A DNA stretch of 63,151 nt, counting the filler, from Thraustochytrium aureum (taxonomy: Eukaryota): assembly GCA_012862495.1 (NCBI GenBank). It is 3 parts of 3 records of this genome, joined end to end, with 100 filler letters (N's around TTAATTAATTAA, not from the genome) between each part and the next. Parts side by side here need not be neighbours in the genome. Positions count along the whole stretch, not along the records: positions 34,873 to 63,151 come from BLSG01000109.1; 2 more parts are not named here. One strand, 5' to 3'. The position numbers were made by a program, and so were the translations under genes. The notes below the pieces were generated by a model that searched no databases, was not told the DNA's origin, and worked only from the letters and a program-made list of their open reading frames with translations. Position 1 is the first letter of the stretch; every line of letters starts with the position of its first letter. Positions 36,769 to 47,914 of the stretch are shown one piece after another.

Positions 36769-37675
36769 CGTGCCCCGCGCTCCGCTGCCTCCGACCCCGC
36801 GCCCGCGCGCCTCCGGGGCGCCTTTCCTGGCGCAGCAGCGCGCTGCAGCCGCTCAACCAACCCGCAATAGACAACGACGCCTTCCTTCCAAACAGTCCAA
36901 AACCACCTGCTTCCGAGCTGCGCCGGATCAGCGCGCGCAGCGCAGCCTNNNNNNNNNNNNNNNNNNNNNNNNNNNNNNNNNNNNNNNNNNNNNNNNNNNN
37001 NNNNNNNNNNNNNNNNNNNNNNNNNNNNNNNNNNNNNNNNNNNNNNNNNNNNNNNNNNNNNNNNNNNNNNNNNNNNNNNNNNNNNNNNNNNNNNNNNNNN
37101 NNNNNNNNNNNNNNNNNNNNNNNNNNNNNNNNNNNNNNNNNNNNNNNNNNNNNNNNNNNNNNNNNNNNNNNNNNNNNNNNNNNNNNNNNNNNNNNNNNNN
37201 NNNNNNNNNNTGCCTGCCTGCCTGCCTGCGCGCTCCCGCGTTCGGCTCTGCCCAGCAGTCTCTCTGCTCCGCTGCAACTCGCCCAGCGCCCGTTCCAATC
37301 GGCTATATTTCCGTCCATAAACTCAACCATATTTTTACAATTGTTGCAGCGGATAATAACGCACCTGTGCCGGATACCCCCAAGGCGCCCGCGACAGAGT
37401 CCTCGCGCAGGGCGTGCATCGAGGGGAGGATGGAGGGCTGGCAGGCCGTTGCCCCAGCTCACAGGCCGCGCAGCTCGCCCATGTGCCTGCCGTGCGCCAG
37501 GCTCTCCCTGCGTGGATAGACGGGCGCCACGGCCCGTGCTGGTTTTGTTGCTTCGCCCGCCGCTCGGCAATAGATCACCGCGCCGTCCTGGCCGAGCGCG
37601 CCTGGCCTGTGCGGCCGGCATGGCCAGCCTGGAGGTCCTCGCGCGGCTGACCATGATGGGAACATGCAACTTCTC

Positions 37676-37745
37676 CATCCATGCATCCATCCATCCTCCA
37701 TCCATCTATCCATCTATCCGTCCACGCATCCATCTACCCATCAAC
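37676..37745. repeat. Imperfect (CATC)n tract
   Basis: catccatgcatccatccatcctccatccatctatccatct... Confidence 0.75.
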
Positions 37746-38094
37746 CTACCCACGCGCTGGCACGCAGCGACCCGCGCGCTGGCCAGGCAGGCAGGCTCTC
37801 CAGAGCAGAACAGCTGCGCGGCAGAACAGAACGGCCCACGGGCACGGCCTGGGCTGCGGCGTTGAGTGACGTGGACGTGCGAAAGCGTAGATCGAGGGCC
37901 GGCCCACTCGGCTCGGTGCGCTTGGGCCTCGCAGGACAGTTCGAGGGCAGGGAGGCGCTCGACTTGCAGCAGCGAGCGAGCGGCTGCAGTCGCGGTTGGG
38001 ATACGGCGCCCGGACGTCGAGCGCGCGGGACCGGCGGAGAGCCAGGCAGGCAGGCAGGCAGGCAGGCAGGTAGGCAGGTAGGTGGGAAGGCGAG

Positions 38095-38219
38095 ATGTAT
38101 CAGCAAGGGGCCGCCGGCTACGGCCAGCAGGGGCAGTATGGGGACTATGGGCAGCAGCAGCAAGGCGGGTACGCGCAGCAAGGGTACCAGCAGGCCGCTG
38201 GTCAACAAGGATACACGCC

Positions 38220-38260
<41 letters not shown>

Positions 38261-41014
38261 GGTACCCGCAGCAACAACAGCAAGGGTACCAGCAACCTGC
38301 AGCACAGCAAGGATTTGGCCAGCAGCAAGCGCCAGTGTACGGAGCGCAGCACGGCGTCGATCAGCAGGCCATGCAGCAGCAGGCCATGCAGCAACAGCAG
38401 CCGCCGATGCAGCAGGGCTACGACTTTCAAGCCGAGGAGGACCGGAACGGCGTGCGCTTCTCGTGGAACGAGTGGCCGAGCTCCAAAATCGACGCAGAAC
38501 GCGCCGTTGTGCCCGTCGGGTGCCTGTACACCCCGCTCAAGCGCATCGAAGGCATGCCGATTCTAGAGTACGAGCCGATTCGCTGCAAAAACCCCAACTG
38601 CCAAGCCGTGCTCAACCCGTGGTGCCAGGTAGACGTGCGCAGCAAGCTGTGGTCGTGCCCCTTCTGCTTGACCCGCGTGCCCTTCCCCCCGCACTACGCG
38701 GACAACATCTCTGAGGTCAACCTGCCTGCCGAGCTGATCCCACAGTACACCACGATCGAGTACCAGCTGCCGAAGCTCGAAGCGGGCCCGCCAGTGTTTG
38801 TGTTCGTCGTGGACGTCGCCGTCTCCGAGGAGGAGCTGGAGCAGCTGAAAGACTCGCTCTTGCAGTCGCTGAGCATCATGCCCGAGAACGCGCTCATCGG
38901 GCTGATCACCTTTGGGTCTATGGTGCATGTGCACGAGCTGGGCTTTGCCGAGGCGTCGCGGAGCTACGTGTTCCGCGGAAACAAGGACATCCCCTCCGAC
39001 AGGATCCACGCCCTCCTCGGGCTCCCGGTGCACCGCCAGGGCGCGCCGCAAAACCAGCCCCAGGAGCACAGCGTCGGCACCGCGCCCGGCGCAGAGCGCT
39101 TCCTGCTGCCCGTCTCCGAGTGCCTCGTCGTGCTCGACTCGATCCTTTCAGACCTGACGCGCGACCCCTGGCCCGTCAAACAAGAGCATCGCCCGCAGCG
39201 GTGCACAGGTGTGGCGCTCAGCGTCGCGGTCGGCATGCTGGAAAAGCTTTGGAACCGGCGCGGCGCGCGCATCATGCTCTTCATGGGCGGCCCGCCCACG
39301 GTAGGGCCTGGGGCCGTCGCCAAACTCGGCCTCGAAACCGCGATGCGGTCCCACACCGACCTGCAAAAGGGCCGCGCCGACTTGTTCGAGAAGGCGCAAA
39401 AGCACTATGACGCGCTCGCGCAGCGCTGCGTCGCGAGCTGCCACGTGATCGACATATTTGCCTCCTCGCTGGACCAGATCGGTTTGCTGGAGATGAAAAA
39501 CTGCGTCGACCAGACCGGCGGCCTCGTCGTGCTGGCCGACACATTCTCGCAGTCTGTTTTCAAGGAGTCGTTCCGGCGTGTGTTTACGCGATTCCCTGAG
39601 GACGCGAGCCCGCTGGACCGCGAGCAGCTCATGATGGCGTTTGCAGGCACGCTTGAGGTGGTCACCTCGCGCGAGTACAAGGTGCGCGGCGCGATTGGGC
39701 CGTGCTCGTCGCTGCGCAAGAAGAGCCCCTCCGTGAGCGACTCTGAGGTGGGCCAGGGCGGCACGTACGCGTGGCGAATGGGCGGCATGGACCCCGGAAC
39801 CACGATTGCGCTCTACTTTGATGTCGTGCAGGNNNNNNNNNNNNNNNNNNNNNNNNNNNNNNNNNNNNNNNNNNNNNNNNNNNNNNNNNNNNNNNNNNNN
39901 NNNNNNNNNNNNNNNNNNNNNNNNNNNNNNNNNNNNNNNNNNNNNNNNNNNNNNNNNNNNNNNNNNNNNNNNNNNNNNNNNNNNNNNNNNNNNNNNNNNN
40001 NNNNNNNNNNNNNNNNNNNNNNNNNNNNNNNNNNNNNNNNNNNNNNNNNNNNNNNNNNNNNNNNNNNNNNNNNNNNNNNNNNNNNNNNNNNNNNNNNNNN
40101 NNNNNNNCGTGCAGGGCCAGGACCAGCAGCAGCAGCAGCAGCAGGCCAACCACCAGGGCCCGCGCAGGCGGCACTTGCAGCTCATCACGCAGTACCAGCA
40201 CTCGAACGGGCGCTACAGGATCCGCGTCACCACTGTCGGCGGAGCTTGGCAGGCAGACCCCAACGTGTCGCTCATCGGGCGCTCGTTCGACCAGGAGGCT
40301 GCCGCGGTTCTCATGGCCCGGGCCGCGGTGCAGCGCGCCGAGACGGAGGAGACGACCGACATTTTGCGCTGGCTGGACCGCTCGCTGATCCGGCTCTGCT
40401 CCAAGTTTGCCGACTACCGCACCAACGACCCGAGCTCGTTCCGGCTGCCGATGGAGTTCACCATCTACCCGCAGTTCAACTTTCATCTGCGCCGCAGTCC
40501 GTTCCTGCAGGTTTCCAACTCGAGCCCGGACGAGTCGGCGTACCATCGCATGATCCTCACGCGCAACAACGTCAGCAACTCGCTCGTCATGATCCAGCCC
40601 GCTTTGCTCTCCTACTCGTTCACCGGCCCGCCGACGCCGGTTTTGCTGGACGTGACCAGCGTCAAGCCGGACACGATCCTGCTGCTCGACACCTTTTTCA
40701 CTGTCGTTGTCTTCCACGGCGAGACTGTTGCGAGCTGGCGCGACGCCGGGTACCAAGAGCAGGCCGAGTACGCCAACTTCAAGTCGCTGTTGCAGGCGCC
40801 CAAGGACGATGCGCAGGCCGTCATGGAGGACCGCTTCCCCTTTCCGCGCTACATCACGGCAGACCAGCACAAGAGCCAGAGCCGCTTCCTCATGGCCAAG
40901 GTCAACCCGCCGGACCCGAGCCGCGACCCCAACTCGGAGCAGCTCATCTTTACCGACGACGTGTCGCTCAGCGTCTTTATGACGCACCTCATGCGCCTTG
41001 CCGTCAGCGAATAA
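38095..41014 (+). CDS. SEC23: COPII coat subunit Sec23 with Q/G/Y-rich N-terminal extension (gap 39833-40107)
   Basis: [12 protein letters not shown], zinc finger C..C / [80 protein letters not shown]. Confidence 0.97.
38221..38259 (+). repeat. (CAG)13 coding for polyQ in SEC23
   Basis: Uninterrupted CAG run. Confidence 0.9.
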
Positions 41015-41428
41015 GCAGGCGTGTTTCTCTTTTCCTCTTGCCTCGTTTTTAAAGCTTCTCCTTTGCTACTGCGAGGCGCAAGCATGCGCCGAAGACAAGA
41101 CACCTACGACAGACTCTTATGCTTTGTGTTGGGATCTCTCCTTTACAATGTTAGCGAGGCGCGACGGCCAGCGTCGTCTGCGCGACAGCGAGCATGCTTT
41201 CCTGGACCTGGCCGTTCGACGGCCGGTTGTCGCACGACCACCGTCGCGTGCGTGGCACACAACACAGGGCCCCGGCGCCAGAGACTCGCGTTGCAACGCA
41301 TCCGCGAGAGACAGGGCATGCAAGCCTATGCATCCATGCATGCATGCATGCTTCCTCCACGACCTCCCTGCTCCCCTCCATTTGGCGCCTCGTTTTCTCC
41401 AACACGAAAAGCAAGCGCCCGACGTCTC

Positions 41429-41818
41429 TTATGCTTCGTCCATTTGGTAGAACGGCGGCATCCACTCTCGCGTCGAGTACGTCGACGCGCCAACCTTCCA
41501 GTTCGGCACATCCTTCATCACGCGGCGCTCAATCTCGTGCGCCTTTGCGAGCTCGCGCACGTACCTGGCGTCCTCCTCGGCCTGCAGGAACGGCACAAAG
41601 GCGGCCCGCCTTGCGCGCACCTCGAGCTTGATCGCGTTGCGCTCCAAGTTGCCCTGCCCGAGTTGATAAAACCCAAACGTCACGAGAGCCGCGGTGCCGC
41701 CAAACAGGTGGATGCCGCGCACCCTCGCCTTGGGCAGATTGCGCGACACATCGAAGGGCTTGAACCCGCCGGGCGGCGGCATCTCCTGCGCCGCCTTGCC
41801 CACCACCGGGAGCGACAT
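41429..41818 (-). CDS. NDUFA13: NADH:ubiquinone oxidoreductase subunit A13 (GRIM-19/B16.6)
   Basis: QEMPPPGGF...RNLP, TM segment, PFLQAEEDARYV, MKDVPNWKVG, WMPP. Confidence 0.95.
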   Translation of the reverse strand: MSLPVVGKAAQEMPPPGGFKPFDVSRNLPKARVRGIHLFGGTAALVTFGFYQLGQGNLERNAIKLEVRARRAAFVPFLQAEEDARYVRELAKAHEIERRVMKDVPNWKVGASTYSTREWMPPFYQMDEA

Positions 41819-42055
41819 CTTGGCCAAACGCCGCGACCCCGGACCACGCGCTCTACCTCCGCCAACTCAGCGACCGCGCACCACCTCGCGCTTCTCCTCC
41901 CTTCCGCAGCCGCCACGACCCTCAACCGCCCGCCCGCCCGCCCGCACGCACGCACGCACGCCCACTCGCCTGTGCCCACGCGCGCAGTCTCCGCTCTGCC
42001 CCGCGCGCCTGTCGCCTCACCACCGCAGCAGCAGCAGGCCGCCCCTAGCCCTACC

Positions 42056-42311
42056 CCGACCCTCTATATATCCTTCCGCAAGCAATCATATAGTCCTATT
42101 TCACCTCTATATACTAAAAGCGGGACACCCTCTTCCGACCCTCTATATGGAGAACACAGCCTTGAAAAAATAATATAGAGGATTAGCCCGCAGAGCACCT
42201 CAGAAAGAAAGGGGCGAGCAGGAAGAATAGAGGGGCGAATGGGCGTCGCAGCACAGCCCTCTATTCGTTGAAAAGACAATATATTAACGTCGGTGGAGTA
42301 TAATAGAGGGG
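42056..42311. promoter_or_regulatory. AT-enriched divergent intergenic region with seven CCTCTAT/ATAGAGG copies
   Basis: Copies at ~42061(+), 42104(+), 42140(+), 42175(-), 42227(-), 42258(+) and 42303(-). Regulatory function is inferred from its position between head-to-head genes. Confidence 0.45.
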
Positions 42312-42433
42312 TGGATCCGGGTTTTTCATTCTATTGTATTTTTGAATGGCGTGAGCAGGAGGAAGGAGGCAGAGCAGCGCACGAACGGCACAGCAGAGCG
42401 GGGTGGAGCAGGGCAGAGCAGCAGGGCGCGAGG

Positions 42434-44157
42434 ATGGCGTCCAGGCGGCCCACGGTGGCGCGCGCCGCTGTCTCTGCGGCTCGCTCTGCTGGATTCGCTC
42501 GCGCGCTCTCGCGATCTGGTTGTCTGGCGGCGGCGACGACGACGACGACGATGGGCGCGATAAGGGCTAGATGGCGGGCCAGGGTGCTCGTGGCGAGGCG
42601 GCAGTTTGCGACGGCGGCGGCAGGGGGAGGGCCCGCGGTGGTGCTCGTGGACGGGTTTGCACAGCTCTATCGGACGTTTTTTGGCGTGCAGAACGTGTTT
42701 CAGCACTCGAACAGGGCTAGTGAGAAGCTGAACGTGGCGCTCGCGGAGAGAGCTGCTGAGGTGTTTACGAACCAGGTACTCGTGTATCACCGCGCAGCTG
42801 GCGCTAAGAGGATCGCTGTTGTGTTTGACGGACGTGGCGCGCGCGATGCGCGGACGGCCCAGATACAGCAAGCCCAACGCCAAGCCACAGCCAAACTCCA
42901 GCGGTTGACGGACGAGGCAGCCCTGCGGCACGAAGGAAACGTCGAGTCATTTGCAAGAGCGCTTACCAAGCATACAGAGAGCATCGCAGAGCGGGTCTCG
43001 CCCACGATGGCACAAACATTGGAGGTTGTCCTCGCTGAGTCGCAGGCACAAGGCCTAGTTGAGGGCGGCGTGGACTTGATGCCAGAGGACCTGGCTGCCG
43101 CGCTTTCTGCCACCACTGAAGCGGTCGGCCAGTCACCCGAACTACAAGCACTCGCTGAGAGTGCGCAGCGCGTGGCTGCCTGGCACAACGCGGTGTCGCA
43201 CCCGCAAGTCGTTCACGCAGATAAAGAGGCGCTCGTCGCGATTTCGCGCGCGATGCTGCAGCAAGTTCNNNNNNNNNNNNNNNNNNNNNNNNNNNNNNNN
43301 NNNNNNNNNNNNNNNNNNNNNNNNNNNNNNNNNNNNNNNNNNNNNNNNNNNNNNNNNNNNNNNNNNNNNNNNCACGCGCGATGCTGCAGCAAGTTCGAGA
43401 GGTTGCCGTTCTCGTCGCAGCGCAGTCTGCTGAGGTAAAGGGCAAACTCGAAAAGGAGACGTTGCGCCTTGGCGAACTTGGAGATCAAGTCAATGTCGTG
43501 AATGAATACCCTTCATACAAGGCATCGCGGCCTGAAACGCCGATGGAGGTGTACATGGCTTTTGACATAGCCCATAAAAGGCTGCAAAAGCACGGGATCG
43601 CGTGCATCTCGCTGGCAGGAACCGAGGCCGACGACGTGATTGGCACAATTGCATGCCGGGTCCTGGAGGAGGACCCGGTGGCCTGCGTCCACATCGTCTC
43701 GAGCGACAAGGACTTTCTGCAGCTCCTTCGCCCGCGCCTCAAGCTCCTCATCCCAACTAGGAAGCGAAAAGCTCGGAGCGTAAAGCTGGACGACCTGTTC
43801 GACGTCCGGGACGAGGCCTGGTTCGCTGCCGAATTTCCAGGGCTGACCCCGTCGCAGCACATCGACGTTCTAGCGTTGATGGGCGACGCGGCGGACAACG
43901 TGCCTGGCGTGCCCAAGATAGGGCAAAAGCGAGCACTGAAGTTTGTCCAAGAGTTTGGGAGCGTCGAGAAGCTCGTAAAGGCTAGCCTTGCTAAGAGCCT
44001 CAAGCCGCCTTGGCTGCAAAAGACGGTCAGCGAGAATGCAGAGTCCGCTCTGCTCGGCAAGCTGCTCGTCACGCTAGACCTGCAGGTCGACCTTAGGGGC
44101 ACGGTGGACGACTGGCGCCTGGACTTGGCAGCGCCCGGCGTTGACCCGCTCGAGTAG
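42434..44157 (+). CDS. Stand-alone PolI-type 5'-3' exonuclease/flap endonuclease with probable mitochondrial presequence and large insertion
   Basis: LVDG..LYR.FFG, VVFDG, YKASR, GTEADDVIGT, SSDKDFLQL and the H3TH motif LMGDAADNVPGVPKIGQKRA; N-terminus rich in R/A/S with no acidic residues. Confidence 0.9.
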
Positions 44158-44364
44158 CTGCGGTGCGTCAGCGCGGCGGTGACGGCCGCTCCGCAAGAAG
44201 CCCGAAGATGTGAAAGGAAGTCTGGCGGCCTGGTCCGGCTGGCAACTAGGCGTCGTCGACGAGCCTACGGCAGCAAGCACTCGTCCGGCTGCCCCTTGCA
44301 CACGATCAAGGACAGCTTGGACGCCGCCGGCTCCGGCCCCGGCGCGCCGCGGGACCTCGCGAGG

Positions 44365-44407
44365 GCGAACACAGCGGTTCAAATGGAGCGAACACAGCGG
44401 TTCAAAT
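44365..44407. repeat. Tandem duplication, 23-bp period
   Basis: GCGAACACAGCGGTTCAAAT at 44365 and 44388. Confidence 0.85.
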
Positions 44408-44828
44408 TGAACGACGCTGCCGCACCTGCAAGTGGGCGGATAAGACAGTGGCACCCTTGCCGCTCCACTGGGTGGACCAGGCCACCACAGGCTGATTTCG
44501 AAAGAAGAAGAAAGAGCTGAAGCTACTTGCGTAAATCGGGTTGGCTGCTGCTGCCCAAGGCTTGGGGTTGGACCGAGAGTCAANNNNNNNNNNNNNNNNN
44601 NNNNNNNNNNNNNNNNNNNNNNNNNNNNNNNNNNNNNNNNNNNNNNNNNNNNNNNNNNNNNNNNNNNNNNNNNNNNNNNNNNNNNNNNNNNNNNNNNNNN
44701 NNNNNNNNNNNNNNNNNNNNNNNNNNNNNNNNNNNNNNNNNNNNNNNNNNNNNNNNNNNNNNNNNNNNNNNNNNNNNNNNNNNNNNNNNNNNNNNNNNNN
44801 NNNNNNNNNNNNNNNNNNNNNNNNNNNC

Positions 44829-45263
44829 GTACTGCTGGTAGTAGTGCTGGATGAAGCTCTTGACCAGCTCCTGGGCCTCTCCGGGGACGTTGAAGGCGTT
44901 CTGCATGCCCAGCCGGAACACGCTGTTGTGCAGGTAGTAGCTGTTGTTCCCGGTTGGCACCAGGTGGTGCGCCTCCTGGTACTGCTGCTTCATCCACTCG
45001 CCGCAAATAAACACCACGATCGCCCCGTTCCCGCAGCACGATGGCTGCGCATCAACGCTGGTCACACGCCGCGTCGGGTTTGGCGGGAGCCCCAGCCCGG
45101 TCAGCTTTTGCACGATCGCCTGCTGCCCTTTGATCGTCTCGCCCTCAAAGGACAGCGTCGACGCGTCCTGGAAAAAGTTCGCCACGGCCGCGCCGTTCGC
45201 CTTGTCCACGGCATCATAGTACGCCTGCAAGAACGCTTGCGCGACGTTCTTCGAGTCCGCCAT
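44829..45263 (-). CDS. NTF2-family protein with tandem NTF2 domains, 3' part in gap
   Basis: VAQAFLQAYY...STLSFEGETIKGQQAIVQKL...VDAQPS...YYLHNSVFRL, then a second domain start LVKSFIQHYYQQY. Confidence 0.85.
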
Positions 45264-45935
45264 CCTTCCAGAGTTCGGGCGGGGTGGGTGGGGCCTTCAA
45301 ACCCAAAATCGAGACGCCGAAACCGCCTGCACGCGCCGCAGCGCCCCGCCGCCGAGTCGGACGCCCGCTAGCCGCCGTGCCAGCTCGACCGCTCGCGCGC
45401 TCCGCCCGCAGCCCTCGCGCAGTCCTCGCTCGCCGCCCTTCGCCTCGCCACGCAATCGCCGCAAATAGATAGTTGTGGCCTGCGCAGCCCCGGATTCGAA
45501 CGCGCCGTTTCGAGTCCGGAGTAGAACACCTCGAACAACGCCTTGGGCCGCTCTTCGCGGGCGATCGACCCGTCGGTCGCCTCGCCGCCTCGGGCGCGCC
45601 GGCCTGGCGCGGCGCTGCGCAATGCCGCAGCTCTGCCGAGCCTATTTATCGGTAGAGCATCCTGCTTTGCGCAGAGGGTTTTCTTGTTGCCAAGCGGCAC
45701 AATGGGCCAAGGGACGAGGACGTCGGGGCGGCCTGCACTTGCTCGGTTTGCGAGCCCGGCTCGGCCCCGCAGGGCTGGTCATGGCAGAATGGGCTTGCTT
45801 GTTTGCTGCGCGTACGAGACTCTCCTGGGTCTAGAGGCCCTGGCCGCTGGCGAGAAACGTGGGCGTGGGTGTGGTGTTTTTTTTGTTGAGTATTGTCAGG
45901 ACCCCGCGCGGCCAGGAGTGGCAAGGGCAGCGCGG

Positions 45936-46958
45936 CTAAAGGGATGACGGGGGCGGCGCTTGCGAGACGGCCGCGGCCTTGACCGCTGCTGAGGGGTCGC
46001 GCAAGACCGCGCGGGCGTTGGTGAGCACCGCCTTGTCGCTCCCGCGGGCCCGTGCTTTGAAAAGCACGACGCCACGGCCGACGCTCCACATGTCCACGAT
46101 GAGCGTCTCGCCAGGGTAAAACGCGCCCACCGAAGCGAGCCTTGAGGCTAACGAGCGCTGCAGGGTCCCCCCAGCGAAGCCAGCGAGCACCGCGCGCGCG
46201 GCGACGGCGAAGAGGCATTGTGGGTGCAGCATCGGTCGCGGGTAGCCCGCCTCTGTGGCCCCGCTCGGGGAAATGTGGATTGCGTTGTAGTCGCCGGAGA
46301 GGCGGTACAGCATGGCTTGGTTTGCGGCCGTGGGGATTTCTATAGACTGGTCGGGCGGCGAGTGCGGAAAGTCTATGGATTCGGAATTGGACGTGCCAGA
46401 CTCCTTAAAGTTGCGCGCCCCCACAAAGTAAGCACCAGTCACCACGCGCGACAGCAGCTCGGCGCCCTTTTTGGCGCCTTCGTAGATGAGCGTCTCGGTC
46501 TCCACAAGAGCGCCGCGGCCCCGCTGGTGGATGCCCAATATCTTGGAGCGCATGCGGAGTTTGGCACCACGCGGGTTGAGCGGCTTGAAAATCTCGATCG
46601 ACCGTTCGCCCTCGAGGCCGATCTCGACGCCAGGGAGGAGCGGCGACTGCGGGCCGGCGAGCATGGTCGGCGACGGGAAAGGCACAATGTCGTTGTCCGC
46701 GCCCTTCGTCGGCAGAACGACCGGGTAGGTCGGGAAGACGCAAAAGCCTGGCTCGCGTTCGTGCACGTAGTTGAGCTCGGTGCACCCCACGCCCAGGGCG
46801 TACAGTACCACGTCGCGAGACGTGTACGCGGCCACCTGGTCGACGGTCTCCTCCAAGAACGAGGCGGTCTCGAGCGGCTGTCCGTTGCCCTCTCGGGCAC
46901 CTTGGTCTGACGCCTCTTTCGCCTCGCGCCCCGCTTTGCTGCTGCTGTCAGACATCAT
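45936..46958 (-). CDS. Peroxisomal-type (R)-specific enoyl-CoA hydratase 2 (double hot-dog/MaoC fold)
   Basis: YTSRDVVLYALGVG, VFPTY, hydratase-2 motif YRLSGDYNAIH, FYPGETL; C-terminal SSL* is a possible PTS1. Confidence 0.88.
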   Translation of the reverse strand: MMSDSSSKAGREAKEASDQGAREGNGQPLETASFLEETVDQVAAYTSRDVVLYALGVGCTELNYVHEREPGFCVFPTYPVVLPTKGADNDIVPFPSPTMLAGPQSPLLPGVEIGLEGERSIEIFKPLNPRGAKLRMRSKILGIHQRGRGALVETETLIYEGAKKGAELLSRVVTGAYFVGARNFKESGTSNSESIDFPHSPPDQSIEIPTAANQAMLYRLSGDYNAIHISPSGATEAGYPRPMLHPQCLFAVAARAVLAGFAGGTLQRSLASRLASVGAFYPGETLIVDMWSVGRGVVLFKARARGSDKAVLTNARAVLRDPSAAVKAAAVSQAPPPSSL

Positions 46959-47914
46959 CGTGCCCGCGCAGCTCGGCTGCTGCCCGCCTCGCGCCGATGC
47001 TTGGGCCTATCTACTCTGGCCTGCGGGACACGAGGAGCGGCTGGCGCGCTTGTGTGACGCGGGCGAGGAGCCACCCGGACTCGGATGTCGCGTCTTCTCA
47101 CTGCAGTGCAAGCTCGAACTTGCTCACGAGAGGAGCCCCGAAGACGACGCACGCCGAGAAGCGCGTCAGCCGACCGCGAGCGAAGGCGGCACGTTGTGCT
47201 ACAAGGCCAGGCGCTGGCGCCGGCGCACAGCGCTCTGCCGTGGCTCGCTGGGGTCCTCGTTCCACCACACCTGCAAGTGATCGGACGGACTCCTCATCGA
47301 CACCTTGTTCGTGACTTGTGGACTAANNNNNNNNNNNNNNNNNNNNNNNNNNNNNNNNNNNNNNNNNNNNNNNNNNNNNNNNNNNNNNNNNNNNNNNNNN
47401 NNNNNNNNNNNNNNNNNNNNNNNNNNNNNNNNNNNNNNNNNNNNNNNNNNNNNNNNNNNNNNNNNNNNNNNNNNNNNNNNNNNTTACGAGCAGAGTGGAA
47501 CACACGGATTGCGACGTCCTCGAGACAAGCCTAGCCGGAGTGCGCTCAGGCGTTGGCCAGGCGAGCCTCCATGCCGTGGTCCGTGGTGACGAGAATGGTG
47601 ACGAAAATAGAAGAAATAGAACGTTGTTGAGTAAGTAGGTAGGTGGTAAGGGGAAATGCGCGAGGCGTGCACGAGGCTTGCGCAGAGCTCCCGGTCAGAG
47701 CATAGTCACATTCACCTGGCGCTGCAGAACAATCAGCCGCGCGTCGTGGCCCTGGCCACCGGCCTCAGAAGTAGTCGGCGTCTGAACACGACTCGATGCG
47801 AAACCCGGACCGTGCCCTGGCGGTTGCGTCTGCGTCGCTTCCTGCTCGTGCTGCGCATAGGACCTACGCGAAGAAATCCTGTGCATCTTGTCCGGAGCCG
47901 TGCTTCTTGCAATG

